DNA of 33,967 bases from an uncultured Bacteroidales bacterium (GCA_905236195.1 CAJOOX010000039.1:1-33967); one strand, 5' to 3'. Shown: positions 26,016 to 33,967, counted from the stretch's first letter. A program made the numbers and translations. The notes: generated from the letters alone by a model not told the origin.

Positions 26016-26852
26016 ATGATTGAACTGAATGATTTGCGTTACGGATACTACAGGCATCAGCCCGTGCTGCGAGGCATCTCGTTGAGTCTGCCCGAAGGCC
26101 ACATCTACGGTCTGCTCGGCAAGAACGGCGTCGGCAAATCCACCCTGCTCAAGATTCTCTGCGGCTCCCTTATCGGCGAAGGTGAATACACGGTGGCTGG
26201 CTACAATCCCCGCCGGCAGCATCCCGCCATGCTTGAGAAGATACGTCTTGTGCCCGAGGCTGAGGCCATCCTGCCCGTTGCCGTCGAGGATCTCGCGCGT
26301 GTCACGGCACCCTTCTACCCCACTTGGAACCAGAGCATCTTCGAGAGCGCCCTCAACGAGTTCCAGGTGCCCCGCAACAAGCAGCTCACCACCCTCTCGC
26401 TCGGTCAGCAGAAGAAAGCGCTCATCTCTCTCTCGCTCGCCTGCAATACTCCTTATTTATTAATGGATGAACCCACCAACGGTCTCGACATCCCTTCCAA
26501 GAGCATTTTCCGCCGGCTGGTAGCCGGCCTCTGCGACGAGGGCAAGACCGTCATCATCTCCACCCACCAGGTCGATGACATCGACTCTCTCATCGACAGG
26601 ATTGTGATTCTCGAGAACGAAGGCGTCCTCCTCAATGCCTCGATTGACGAGGTGTCCGGGCGGCTCGCTTTCCGCCATGCCGGCGAGGGCGACGAGGTCC
26701 TCTACACCGAGGGTTCTCCTGTGGGACCATGGAGTGTCGTGGTGCGCCGTCCCGACGAACCCGAGACTTCGGTCAATATGAAGATGCTCTTCAATGCCGT
26801 CATCTCCCACAAGGACCGCATCCGCACCCTTTTCTCCCCTCTTGAGGACTGA
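26016..26852 (+). CDS. ABC transporter ATP-binding protein (ABC-2/YtrB-like)
   Basis: The ORF has Walker A GKNGVGKSTLL, the signature LSLGQQKK, Walker B LLMDEPTNGLD and the H-loop ISTHQ. Confidence 0.92.
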   Translation: MIELNDLRYGYYRHQPVLRGISLSLPEGHIYGLLGKNGVGKSTLLKILCGSLIGEGEYTVAGYNPRRQHPAMLEKIRLVPEAEAILPVAVEDLARVTAPFYPTWNQSIFESALNEFQVPRNKQLTTLSLGQQKKALISLSLACNTPYLLMDEPTNGLDIPSKSIFRRLVAGLCDEGKTVIISTHQVDDIDSLIDRIVILENEGVLLNASIDEVSGRLAFRHAGEGDEVLYTEGSPVGPWSVVVRRPDEPETSVNMKMLFNAVISHKDRIRTLFSPLED

Positions 26853-26864
26853 TTTTCAACCAGC

Positions 26865-27758
26865 ATGAATACAAACGCTATGAAACAGAATACTTCCCTT
26901 CAATGGTCCCGTATCAGGAACCTCCTGTGCTACGACTGGGCTGTCGATAAAGGCAAAATCAAATTCACCCTGGCCATCGTCGTCGGCCTCTATGCCGCCC
27001 TCTTCATCATGGCCTACTGGAATCAGACTTCCATGGGTCTCCTTCCCATGACGCCCCAGTCCGGCGAGGCGCTTGTGACCTTCGCCAACGTCAGCGTCAT
27101 GAACTATTTTGAGTATGCCACCATGATTGTGGGCATCCTCACCACTGTCATTCTCCACCGCAAGTTCACCAATCCCCAGACCTCTCTCCAGTATCTGGCA
27201 CTCCCCGGGTCGCGCATCGAGAAATACATCGTCATGCTTGCCGACTTCGCATTCGTCGTCATCGGCATGCAGGTGCTCTATCTCGTCGTCTATGCCGTCT
27301 CCATGCTCATCTGCCAGCTCACCTACCCCGAGTTCTCTTGGTGGATGAATCCCTGGAACAGTCTCAACATGGCCAAGAAACTCATGAGTGTCACCGAGTC
27401 CGGCGAGAATCAGTTTGATGTGATTCACACCTCCGTGATGCGCCTCTTTATTTGGATGACTCCCGTCATTTCTTTCGGCACCTTCGGCCTCTGGTGTGTG
27501 GTCAATATGCTGTTCAAACACAACGGCATCCTCAAGTCCATCGGCGTCTTCCTGCTGGCCTATGTCTTCCTCGTCATTGTCAGCATGATTGTCATGGTCG
27601 GTGTCGTGGCATCCTTCGCCGAGCATCCCGAACTGCACGCCCCCGCCCTCCACGTTCTCGCCACTGTAATCAAAGTCATCCTCTGGCTCCAGATTCCTCT
27701 GGCCCTTCTTTTCCAATGGATTTTCTATCGTCAAATCGCTAACCGTCAGGCCAAATGA
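26865..27758 (+). CDS. Polytopic membrane protein of unknown family (probable permease partner of the upstream ABC ATPase)
   Basis: The 297-aa ORF has about six hydrophobic segments. It starts 12 nt after the ATPase stop, and its own stop overlaps the next start (ATGA). No motif was recognised by eye. Confidence 0.78.
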   Translation: MNTNAMKQNTSLQWSRIRNLLCYDWAVDKGKIKFTLAIVVGLYAALFIMAYWNQTSMGLLPMTPQSGEALVTFANVSVMNYFEYATMIVGILTTVILHRKFTNPQTSLQYLALPGSRIEKYIVMLADFAFVVIGMQVLYLVVYAVSMLICQLTYPEFSWWMNPWNSLNMAKKLMSVTESGENQFDVIHTSVMRLFIWMTPVISFGTFGLWCVVNMLFKHNGILKSIGVFLLAYVFLVIVSMIVMVGVVASFAEHPELHAPALHVLATVIKVILWLQIPLALLFQWIFYRQIANRQAK

Positions 27759-28093
27759 AATATCTTGATGCGATAGGTTACGTCCTCCTCGTGGCTGGCA
27801 TCCTCTGCATGCTTCTCTGGCCTGCAGGCGGTCCGTGGATATTCTCTGTCGGTGCGGCCATGGTGGCCATCGACCACCTTACCCAGGCCTACAAGGGCAA
27901 CAACCTGCGCCTGCGCCGCATGAGCCGTATCCGCGCCATCTGTGGCATCTGCTACGTTATCGCCGCGTTCTATGTCTTCCGCGGTGAGGGACGCTACTGG
28001 CTCCCCGTCACCATCGTGGGGGCCGTCCTCGAACTCTACTCTCAATACGTAATAACAAAAGAAAACCGCAAAGACAATGGAATTTCAGAATAA
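27755..28093 (+). CDS. Small integral membrane protein (112 aa)
   Basis: The ORF has three to four hydrophobic segments (YVLLVAGILCMLLW, IFSVGAAMVAI, ICGICYVIAAFYVF, LPVTIVGAVLELY). Its start is coupled to the upstream gene (ATGA overlap) and its codon usage matches the neighbours. Confidence 0.65.
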   Translation: MKYLDAIGYVLLVAGILCMLLWPAGGPWIFSVGAAMVAIDHLTQAYKGNNLRLRRMSRIRAICGICYVIAAFYVFRGEGRYWLPVTIVGAVLELYSQYVITKENRKDNGISE

Positions 28094-28469
28094 CAACCCC
28101 ATCTTCCTCCAGATTGTCGACTGGATCTGTGACAAGGTGCTGAAGGGGGAACTCCAGATCGGACAGCAGCTCCCCTCCGTACGCGATCTGGCCGTCCAGC
28201 TGGAGGTCAATCCCAACACGGTGCAGCGTTCCATCGAACGTCTCATCGCCCAGGACATTGTCGTAACCCAGCGAGGAAAGGGCAACTACCTCACTGCCGA
28301 TGCGTTTTCACGCATCGAGGACTTCCGCCGACAGCGACTCCTCGACGAAGCCCTGCCCAAACTCGCCGACGAGATGATGCTCCTCGGTGTCAAACCCGCC
28401 GACGTGGCCGATGCCCTCGGCAATATCATCAGCCGGCGTCAACAAGCCATAACTGCTCCTGCTCAATGA
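28077..28469 (+). CDS. GntR family transcriptional regulator, short YtrA-like subtype (winged-helix domain only)
   Basis: The 130-aa ORF has the GntR helix-turn-helix LPSVRDLAVQLEVNPNTVQRSIERLIAQDIVVTQRGKGNYLT and no large effector domain. It overlaps both neighbours (17 nt upstream; ATGA downstream). Confidence 0.9.
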   Translation: MEFQNNNPIFLQIVDWICDKVLKGELQIGQQLPSVRDLAVQLEVNPNTVQRSIERLIAQDIVVTQRGKGNYLTADAFSRIEDFRRQRLLDEALPKLADEMMLLGVKPADVADALGNIISRRQQAITAPAQ

Positions 28470-29143
28470 TCGACCTGGTTAACATCAACAAGACCTATCC
28501 CTCGGCTACGCCGCTCCACGTCCTCAAGGGCATCAACCTCCACATCGGAGAGGGCGAACTCGTCAGCATCATGGGGGCTTCAGGATCCGGCAAATCGACC
28601 CTGCTCAACATCCTGGGCATTCTCGACAACTACGACACCGGCGAGTATCACCTCAACGGAACCCTCATACGCAACCTCAGCGAGACACGTGCGGCCGAAC
28701 TCCGCAACCGCCTCATCGGATTCGTTTTCCAGAGCTTTAACCTCATCGGCTTCAAGAATGCGATGGAGAATGTAGCTCTTCCCCTCTACTATCAGGGGGT
28801 CTCCCGACGCCGTCGCAACGAACTCGCCCTCGAATACCTCCGCATGATGGGACTCGGCGACTGGGCCGACCACTACCCCTCCGAGATGTCCGGCGGTCAG
28901 AAACAGCGCGTCGCCATCGCCCGGGCTCTCATCGCCCGGCCCAAGATTATCCTCGCCGACGAACCCACCGGTGCCCTCGATTCCCACACCACCCAGGAGG
29001 TCATGGACATCCTGCGCCGTGTCAACCGCGAACAGAACATGACCGTCATCATCGTAACCCACGAGGCCGACATCGCCGCCCAGACCGACCGCCGGATCCA
29101 CATCCACGACGGCCGTATCGAGTCCGGAGCTTTCAGGGGATAA
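28466..29143 (+). CDS. ABC transporter ATP-binding protein, MacB/LolD/FtsE-like
   Basis: The ORF has Walker A GASGSGKSTLLNILG, the Q-loop, the signature MSGGQKQRVAIARAL, Walker B ILADEPTGALD and the H-loop IVTHE. Confidence 0.93.
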   Translation: MIDLVNINKTYPSATPLHVLKGINLHIGEGELVSIMGASGSGKSTLLNILGILDNYDTGEYHLNGTLIRNLSETRAAELRNRLIGFVFQSFNLIGFKNAMENVALPLYYQGVSRRRRNELALEYLRMMGLGDWADHYPSEMSGGQKQRVAIARALIARPKIILADEPTGALDSHTTQEVMDILRRVNREQNMTVIIVTHEADIAAQTDRRIHIHDGRIESGAFRG

Positions 29144-29150
29144 GCCCCCC

Positions 29151-29186
29151 CCCATCAACCCCATTAAACCCATAAAACCCATAAAA
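29151..29186 (+). repeat. Four tandem 9-bp units CCCATNAAN (cccatcaac cccattaaa cccataaaa cccataaaa)
   Basis: Read directly. The array fills the gap between the ATPase stop (29143) and the next ATG (29198). It contains no G and is followed by aaattaaaaat. Confidence 0.9.
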
Positions 29187-29197
29187 AAATTAAAAAT

Positions 29198-29950
29198 ATG
29201 TACAACTTCACAGTTTCCGAGGTGCTCGACCAGGCTTGGGCCCTCACCAAAAAGCACGGCCTTCTTCTGGCCCTCATTCTTCTCGTCATCAGCCTCGTAG
29301 AAGGCGCTTTCACCTCCGTCAACCCCGCTGATTACACTGAGTTCGTTTCTAAGTATCAGAGCGGCAATCCCGATCCCCAGGCCATCATGCAGGACTACTC
29401 TGCCCTGCTTTCCCAGTCGGCCTTCTCGGGAGGTTCTCTGCTCGGTATGCTCCTCTCCCTTGTTCTCACTTGCGCCCTCACGGCCATCATGCTCTCCCTC
29501 GCCAAGGGCAAGACTTCCGAGATTAGCATCGAACCCTGCAAAATGCCCGTCATGACTTATGTCAAGTACATTGCATGGCAGCTCCTCTACGGCATCATCG
29601 TCTGCCTCGGCATCTGCCTCTGCATCATCCCCGGCCTTTGGTTGGGCGCACGTCTCAGCACGGTTTCCTACTACCTCATCGACAATCCCGAAATCGGATT
29701 CGGTGAAGCCATCAGCCGTGGTTGGAACAGCACCAGCGGACATGTCATGGGTCTCATCGGCCTCGGCATTCTGTGCTTCTTCATCGTTATTGCCGGTCTC
29801 CTGCTCTGCTGTGTCGGCATCTATTTCACCGAGGTCATTGCCCACTTCGCCATCATCATCGTTTATCTCGTCCTCTCCGGCTTCTACAACCGTCCCGCCG
29901 ACGAGTCCTCCGATGTCGTTGAGACCATCGAAGTGGAAGAGATTAAATAA
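29198..29950 (+). CDS. Integral membrane protein of unknown function (topology reminiscent of DUF975/GDPD-membrane-like proteins) inserted inside the MacB-type operon
   Basis: The 250-aa ORF has four to five hydrophobic segments. The central motif YYLIDNPEIGFGEAISRGWNSTSGHVMGL resembles the conserved loop of DUF975-like proteins, an assignment made from memory only. The C-terminal tail is acidic. Confidence 0.75.
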   Translation: MYNFTVSEVLDQAWALTKKHGLLLALILLVISLVEGAFTSVNPADYTEFVSKYQSGNPDPQAIMQDYSALLSQSAFSGGSLLGMLLSLVLTCALTAIMLSLAKGKTSEISIEPCKMPVMTYVKYIAWQLLYGIIVCLGICLCIIPGLWLGARLSTVSYYLIDNPEIGFGEAISRGWNSTSGHVMGLIGLGILCFFIVIAGLLLCCVGIYFTEVIAHFAIIIVYLVLSGFYNRPADESSDVVETIEVEEIK

Positions 29951-29983
29951 CCCATAAAGCCCATAAAACCCATCCGCCCCGTC
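29951..29983 (+). repeat. Three tandem 9-bp units CCCATNNNN plus a partial unit (cccataaag cccataaaa cccatccgc cccgtc)
   Basis: Read directly. The array fills the entire gap between the stop at 29950 and the ATG at 29984. Confidence 0.9.
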
Positions 29984-31228
29984 ATGCTCTTTGACATCCT
30001 CGGAGAAATCTACATCTCCATGTCCCGCAACAAACTGAGGATAGCTCTCACAGGATTCTCCATCGCATGGGGCATCTTCATGCTCATCGTGCTCCTCGGT
30101 GCCGGCAACGGGTTGTTGAACGGCATGATGTCCAATTTCGGTTCCGACGCCCAGAACTTCATGCGACTCTATCCCGGCACCACCGACACGGAGTGGCATG
30201 GATGGGCCAAGGGACGCAGAATACAGTTCGACGACCGCACCGCTGAATTCCTGCAGCAGACCTTTCCCGACCACATCGGGGCCGTCACTCCCAAGGTGTA
30301 CGACTCCAAGGTCATTGCCTGTGGCAACGAATACGTCTCCAGTGATGTCAATGGTGTGGCCGCCGGCTTGTTGGATAATGGCGAACGCATTGTCGCCGGA
30401 CGCCGTATCAACAGCAGCGACATCTCCGGTCGCCGCAAGGTCATCCTCCTCAAGGACCAATCCCTGCCCTCCCTTTTCCCCGGCTGCGAACCCGAGCAGG
30501 TCCTCGGGCGCTGGGTCAATGTCGCGGGCATCCCTTTCCAGGTGGTGGGCATCTATCATCCCCGTGGCGGCGACAGCGGTCACAAAAGCTACATTCCCCT
30601 CTCCACTTCCATCGCGCTCTTCTCGCCCGACGGTCATTACGACCGCCTCGAACTCGAACTGCACAGACTCCATTCCAAAGAGGAGAACGAAGCCTTCAAC
30701 AAGGAGGTGCGTGCTGCCCTCGCCCGCCTCTACGACTACAACCCCGAAGACCACGCCGTCTGGATATGGAACAACCACGAGAACTATCTCCAGACACGTA
30801 GCATCTTCACTGCCATTCAGTCGTTCATCTGGATCATAGGCCTCGCAACACTCATCGCCGGTATTGCAGGCATCTCCAACATCATGATGATTACGGTACG
30901 CGAACGTACCCGCGAAATCGGAATACGCAAGGCGCTCGGTGCCTCCCCCCGTTCCATCCTCTGGCTCGTCCTCCTCGAGGCCGTCTTCATCACCATGCTT
31001 TTCGGCTACATCGGAATGTTCCTCGGCATCGCCCTCACCCAGGGCATCGATGCCCTCATGGCCCCTTCCGACGACAAGCAGTTCACGATGTTCCTCCACC
31101 CCACTGTGGGCCTCGGCATCGTCATGGCTGCCAACCTCGTCATGATTATCGCCGGCATCATCGCAGGATATATCCCTGCCAAACGTGCCGTAAGTATTAA
31201 ACCCGTTGAAGCCCTCGCCGCACAATGA
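29984..31228 (+). CDS. ABC transporter permease, MacB-type (MacB periplasmic core domain plus FtsX domain)
   Basis: The 414-aa ORF has an N-terminal TM segment, a large periplasmic domain and a C-terminal FtsX region (ISNIMMITVRERTREIGIRKALGASPRSILWLVLLEA). Confidence 0.92.
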   Translation: MLFDILGEIYISMSRNKLRIALTGFSIAWGIFMLIVLLGAGNGLLNGMMSNFGSDAQNFMRLYPGTTDTEWHGWAKGRRIQFDDRTAEFLQQTFPDHIGAVTPKVYDSKVIACGNEYVSSDVNGVAAGLLDNGERIVAGRRINSSDISGRRKVILLKDQSLPSLFPGCEPEQVLGRWVNVAGIPFQVVGIYHPRGGDSGHKSYIPLSTSIALFSPDGHYDRLELELHRLHSKEENEAFNKEVRAALARLYDYNPEDHAVWIWNNHENYLQTRSIFTAIQSFIWIIGLATLIAGIAGISNIMMITVRERTREIGIRKALGASPRSILWLVLLEAVFITMLFGYIGMFLGIALTQGIDALMAPSDDKQFTMFLHPTVGLGIVMAANLVMIIAGIIAGYIPAKRAVSIKPVEALAAQ

Positions 31229-32487
31229 TTGATCTCGATTTCTTTGCCGAGATATGGGAGACCATACGACGCAACCGCAGCCGATCCATCCTCACCGCCT
31301 TCGGCGTCTTCTGGGGTCTCCTCATGCTCATCATCCTCGTCGGGGTGGGAACGGGACTCAACAACGGTCTCATCAAGGGGCTCCAGGGTGTCCCGGCCAG
31401 CTCCCTTTACTTCGGAACTGACCATACTTCCCTGCCCTACAAGGGGTTCCAGAAGGGACGCCGTTTCAATATCGACAATGACGATGTCGATGCCCTCCGC
31501 CGCGAATTCAGCGATGTAGCAGAATATATCTCACCCATCAACTTCGTGGGGAGCAACAAATTCTCGGTGGGCGACCGTGCCGGCGACTATCAACTCGTGG
31601 GCATCACCCCAGACTACTTCCACACCATGCCCCTTGCCCTCGACATGGGTCGCACGCTCAATGTCAACGACATCCGCGAACGGCGTAAGGTATGTGTCAT
31701 CGGACGGCGCATGTACGACGAACTCTTCCCCGGCGAACCCGACATCGCGGGACAGCTCATCAAGGCCGGTTCCGTCTATTATCAGGTCGTGGGGGTAATC
31801 CACCGCCTCAGCGACAACATCAACATCGGGTTCAATGCCGACGAGACGCTCATGATGCCCATCACCACCGCCCAGCTCAACTACGGACAGGGCAACACCG
31901 TCCATTTCATGTCCCTATCCCTCCGTGACGGCTATTCCATGGCCGGACACCAGGACCGCATCATCGGACTCCTCAAACAGCGCCACATCGTCCATCCCGA
32001 CGACCCCACGGCATTCTGGTCGTTCAATGTCGAGGAGATTATCGGACAGTTCTCCATGCTCTTCGGCGGTGTCAACATCCTCATCTGGATTGTAGGCATC
32101 GGTTCCCTCCTCGCCGGTCTCATCGGCATCTCCAACATCATGCTCGTTACCGTGCGCGAACGCACCCAGGAAATCGGCATCCGGCGTGCCCTCGGTGCCC
32201 GTCCGTCCACCATCACCCGCCAGATTCTCTCCGAGACCCTCCTGCTCACCTTCGCCGCCGGCATCGGCGGGCTCCTCATCGGGGTTTGGATTATCTCTGC
32301 CGTCGGTTCCTTCATGGCCAGCCAGCCGCCTTCCGCCGAACCCTCCCTCATGGGTCCGCCCCAGATCCCCTTCTCCGTCGCCGTTGCCGCCTTCATCATC
32401 CTCATCCTCGGCGGACTCCTTGCCGGATGGCTCCCCGCACGCCGCGCCATGCGAATCAAAGCCATCGACGCCCTCCGCGAAGAATAA
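31225..32487 (+). CDS. ABC transporter permease, MacB-type (second paralogue)
   Basis: The 420-aa ORF has the same architecture (ISNIMLVTVRERTQEIGIRRALGARPSTITRQILSETL). Its start overlaps the upstream gene (ATGA). Confidence 0.92.
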   Translation: MIDLDFFAEIWETIRRNRSRSILTAFGVFWGLLMLIILVGVGTGLNNGLIKGLQGVPASSLYFGTDHTSLPYKGFQKGRRFNIDNDDVDALRREFSDVAEYISPINFVGSNKFSVGDRAGDYQLVGITPDYFHTMPLALDMGRTLNVNDIRERRKVCVIGRRMYDELFPGEPDIAGQLIKAGSVYYQVVGVIHRLSDNINIGFNADETLMMPITTAQLNYGQGNTVHFMSLSLRDGYSMAGHQDRIIGLLKQRHIVHPDDPTAFWSFNVEEIIGQFSMLFGGVNILIWIVGIGSLLAGLIGISNIMLVTVRERTQEIGIRRALGARPSTITRQILSETLLLTFAAGIGGLLIGVWIISAVGSFMASQPPSAEPSLMGPPQIPFSVAVAAFIILILGGLLAGWLPARRAMRIKAIDALREE

Positions 32488-32530
32488 AGAAACTTAGATT
32501 TCGAAATATTGCCCCTATTTAAACAAAAAT

Positions 32531-33637
32531 ATGAAAAAATCACTCCGTATCCTCGGCATCATCCTTGCCGCCGTCATCATCATCGGCACCTTCTGGTTCC
32601 TCTGGCGCCAGTCCCAGCCCAAAGAGGTCTCCTTCGAAATCCTGTTGCCCGAACGGCGCACCCTCTACCGCAAGACTGTGGCCACCGGCAAAGTCGAACC
32701 CCGCGACGAGGTCAACGTCAAACCCCAGATCCAGGGCATCATCTCCGAAATCTACGTCCACCCGGGAGACCGCATTCTCGCCGGCGAACCCATCGCTCGC
32801 ATCAAGGTCATCCCCGAGATGGCGTCCCTCAACAACCACCAGTCGCAGGTGCGAACGGCTCAGCTCACCCTCGAGGAAACCGAACGCGAGCATGCCCGCA
32901 TCGAGAACCTCTACAGCCGCAAGGTCGTTTCCCGCGAGGAATATGAGAAGTCCCTCAACAACCTCCTGAAGGTGCGCGAACAGGCGCAGGCTGCCCAGGA
33001 CCAGCTCGACATCGCCGTCAGCGGAATCTCCAAACGTTCCGGCAAGGTCAACACCACCCTCGTTACCTCAACCGTCAACGGAACCGTACTCGATGTCCCC
33101 GTCAAGATTGGTACCGCTGTCATTTCCACCAGTTCCTTCTCCGATGGTACCACCGTGGCCATCGTGGCTGATATGAGCGACATCATCTTCCGCGGCAACA
33201 TCGACGAGACCGAGGTCGGACGTCTCCGCTCTGGCATGGGCATCAATCTCACCATCGGCGCCCTCCAGAACATCGTCCTCCCCGCCCGTCTCGAGTACAT
33301 CTCCCCCAAGGGCTCGGAATCCAACGGAGCCGTTCTCTTCGAGATCAAAGCCGCCGCAACCATCCCCGACACTCTCCTCATCCGTGCCGGATATAGTGCC
33401 AACGCCGAGATTATCCTCGACAGCCGCGACAGTGTACTTTCCATCCCCGAGAGCGCTGTCGAGTTCATGGCCGACTCCGCCTTCGTATATAAACTCACCT
33501 CCGACCCCGACGACAGGCCTCAGACATTCTCCCGTCAGCCCATAACTATCGGCCTCAGCGACGGCATCTACGTTCAGGTCACCGACGGCATCAGTCCCGC
33601 CGACCGTCTCCGTGGCAATGAGCAACGCCCCCGATAA
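32531..33637 (+). CDS. Efflux transporter periplasmic adaptor subunit (HlyD/MacA-type membrane fusion protein)
   Basis: The 368-aa ORF has an N-terminal TM anchor, a lipoyl/barrel-sandwich motif (VKPQIQGIISEIYVHPGDRILAGEPIARI), a coiled-coil hairpin and beta-barrel segments. Confidence 0.92.
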   Translation: MKKSLRILGIILAAVIIIGTFWFLWRQSQPKEVSFEILLPERRTLYRKTVATGKVEPRDEVNVKPQIQGIISEIYVHPGDRILAGEPIARIKVIPEMASLNNHQSQVRTAQLTLEETEREHARIENLYSRKVVSREEYEKSLNNLLKVREQAQAAQDQLDIAVSGISKRSGKVNTTLVTSTVNGTVLDVPVKIGTAVISTSSFSDGTTVAIVADMSDIIFRGNIDETEVGRLRSGMGINLTIGALQNIVLPARLEYISPKGSESNGAVLFEIKAAATIPDTLLIRAGYSANAEIILDSRDSVLSIPESAVEFMADSAFVYKLTSDPDDRPQTFSRQPITIGLSDGIYVQVTDGISPADRLRGNEQRPR

Positions 33638-33649
33638 TTAATCCCAAAG

Positions 33650-33694
33650 GCCATCAGACCCATTAAGCCCATTAAGCCCATCAACCCCATCCAC
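33650..33694 (+). repeat. Five tandem 9-bp units (gccatcaga cccattaag cccattaag cccatcaac cccatccac)
   Basis: Read directly. The array lies in the gap between the adaptor stop (33637) and the TolC-family ATG (33700). Confidence 0.9.
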
Positions 33695-33699
33695 AGTCT

Positions 33700-33967
33700 A
33701 TGGTTAATAAATTCCCTGTCACCCTCCTTCTCCTGTTCGCAGCTGCCTGCGGATCCCTCCAGGCCCAGTCCGTGTGGTCCCTGCGTCAGTGCATCGACTA
33801 TGCCCTGGCCCATAACATCCGCCTGCAGCAACAGCAGATTGACGTTCAGAATACCGAAATCCAGCTGGAGACCTCCCGCTACCAGCGACTGCCCGACCTC
33901 AATGCCAGCCTCGGACAGGGATTCGGTTTCGGACGCAGCACCGCTCGCGACGGATCCACCGTCGACC
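33700..33967 (+). CDS. TolC family outer-membrane efflux protein (N-terminal 89 codons; continues past the right window edge)
   Basis: Hand translation from the ATG at 33700 gives MVNKFPVTLLLLFAAACGSLQAQSVWSLRQCIDYALAHNIRLQQQQIDVQNTEIQLETSRYQRLPDLNASLGQGFGF... This is a signal peptide followed by the typical OEP/TolC N-terminal helix motif. It is not in the ORF track because it has no in-window stop. Confidence 0.85.
   Translation, partial: MVNKFPVTLLLLFAAACGSLQAQSVWSLRQCIDYALAHNIRLQQQQIDVQNTEIQLETSRYQRLPDLNASLGQGFGFGRSTARDGSTVD

Noticed and set aside
28580-31225. An 881-aa minus-strand ORF spanning three plus-strand genes and two intergenic 9-mer arrays.
   Set aside because: It crosses gene boundaries only because the 9-bp repeats are a multiple of 3 and contain no stop in that frame, reading FMGFMGLMGLMG. 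The plus-strand genes carry unmistakable Walker, ABC-signature and FtsX motifs, and the antisense product is low-complexity G/D/E/V/A/H. It is a shadow ORF.
29151-33694. Whether the three tandem 9-mer arrays could be a CRISPR array or minisatellite-encoded peptides (MGLMGLMG on the minus strand, ORF 33574-33831).
   Set aside because: The units are 9 bp and directly abutting with no spacers, and no cas genes are present. The minus-strand peptide ORFs have no promoter and run antisense into neighbouring genes. I keep them as non-coding intercistronic repeats (see findings).

Overview
The window looks like a Bacteroidota (Bacteroidales-type) chromosomal segment. Support: seven intergenic matches to the Bacteroides sigma-AB promoter consensus (-7 TAnnTTTG, three of them with a -33 TTTG 19-20 nt upstream), no Shine-Dalgarno sequences, and split MacB-type ABC genes with an adaptor and a TolC. 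GC is about 55-60% by eye, except the left ~1 kb at about 40-45%. Gene map: a partial AAA+/DUF4143 ATPase (-); a minus-strand housekeeping block of miaA, Na+/alanine symporter, Cof-type HAD hydrolase, dnaE and a MATE exporter; a monocistronic 2,527-codon gene (+) for a giant signal-peptide-bearing repeat protein; a HAD-IA hydrolase (-); a CCA/poly(A)-polymerase-family nucleotidyltransferase (+); prmA (-); a pair made of a secreted Trp/Tyr-rich plus Ser/Arg/Asn-rich low-complexity protein and a FadL-like outer-membrane barrel (+), abutted by a UvrD/PcrA-type helicase (+); and a tightly packed run of ten plus-strand genes (probably one operon) holding two ABC systems, an embedded YtrA-like GntR regulator, a periplasmic adaptor and the start of a TolC-family gene. 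Best candidates for something new: (1) the orphan giant GLUG-head / Gly-turn repeat protein, which has no recognisable lipobox, T9SS C-terminal domain or autotransporter barrel; (2) tandem 9-bp CCCATNAAN arrays at three intercistronic junctions of the MacB-like operon, two of which bracket an extra membrane-protein gene; (3) the aromatic-rich/SR-rich disordered secreted protein paired with a FadL-like barrel; (4) the ytr-like dual-ABC plus GntR architecture fused to a tripartite efflux set. No tRNA, rRNA, CRISPR array, transposase or integrase was seen. All family assignments come from motif recognition by eye, not from searches.
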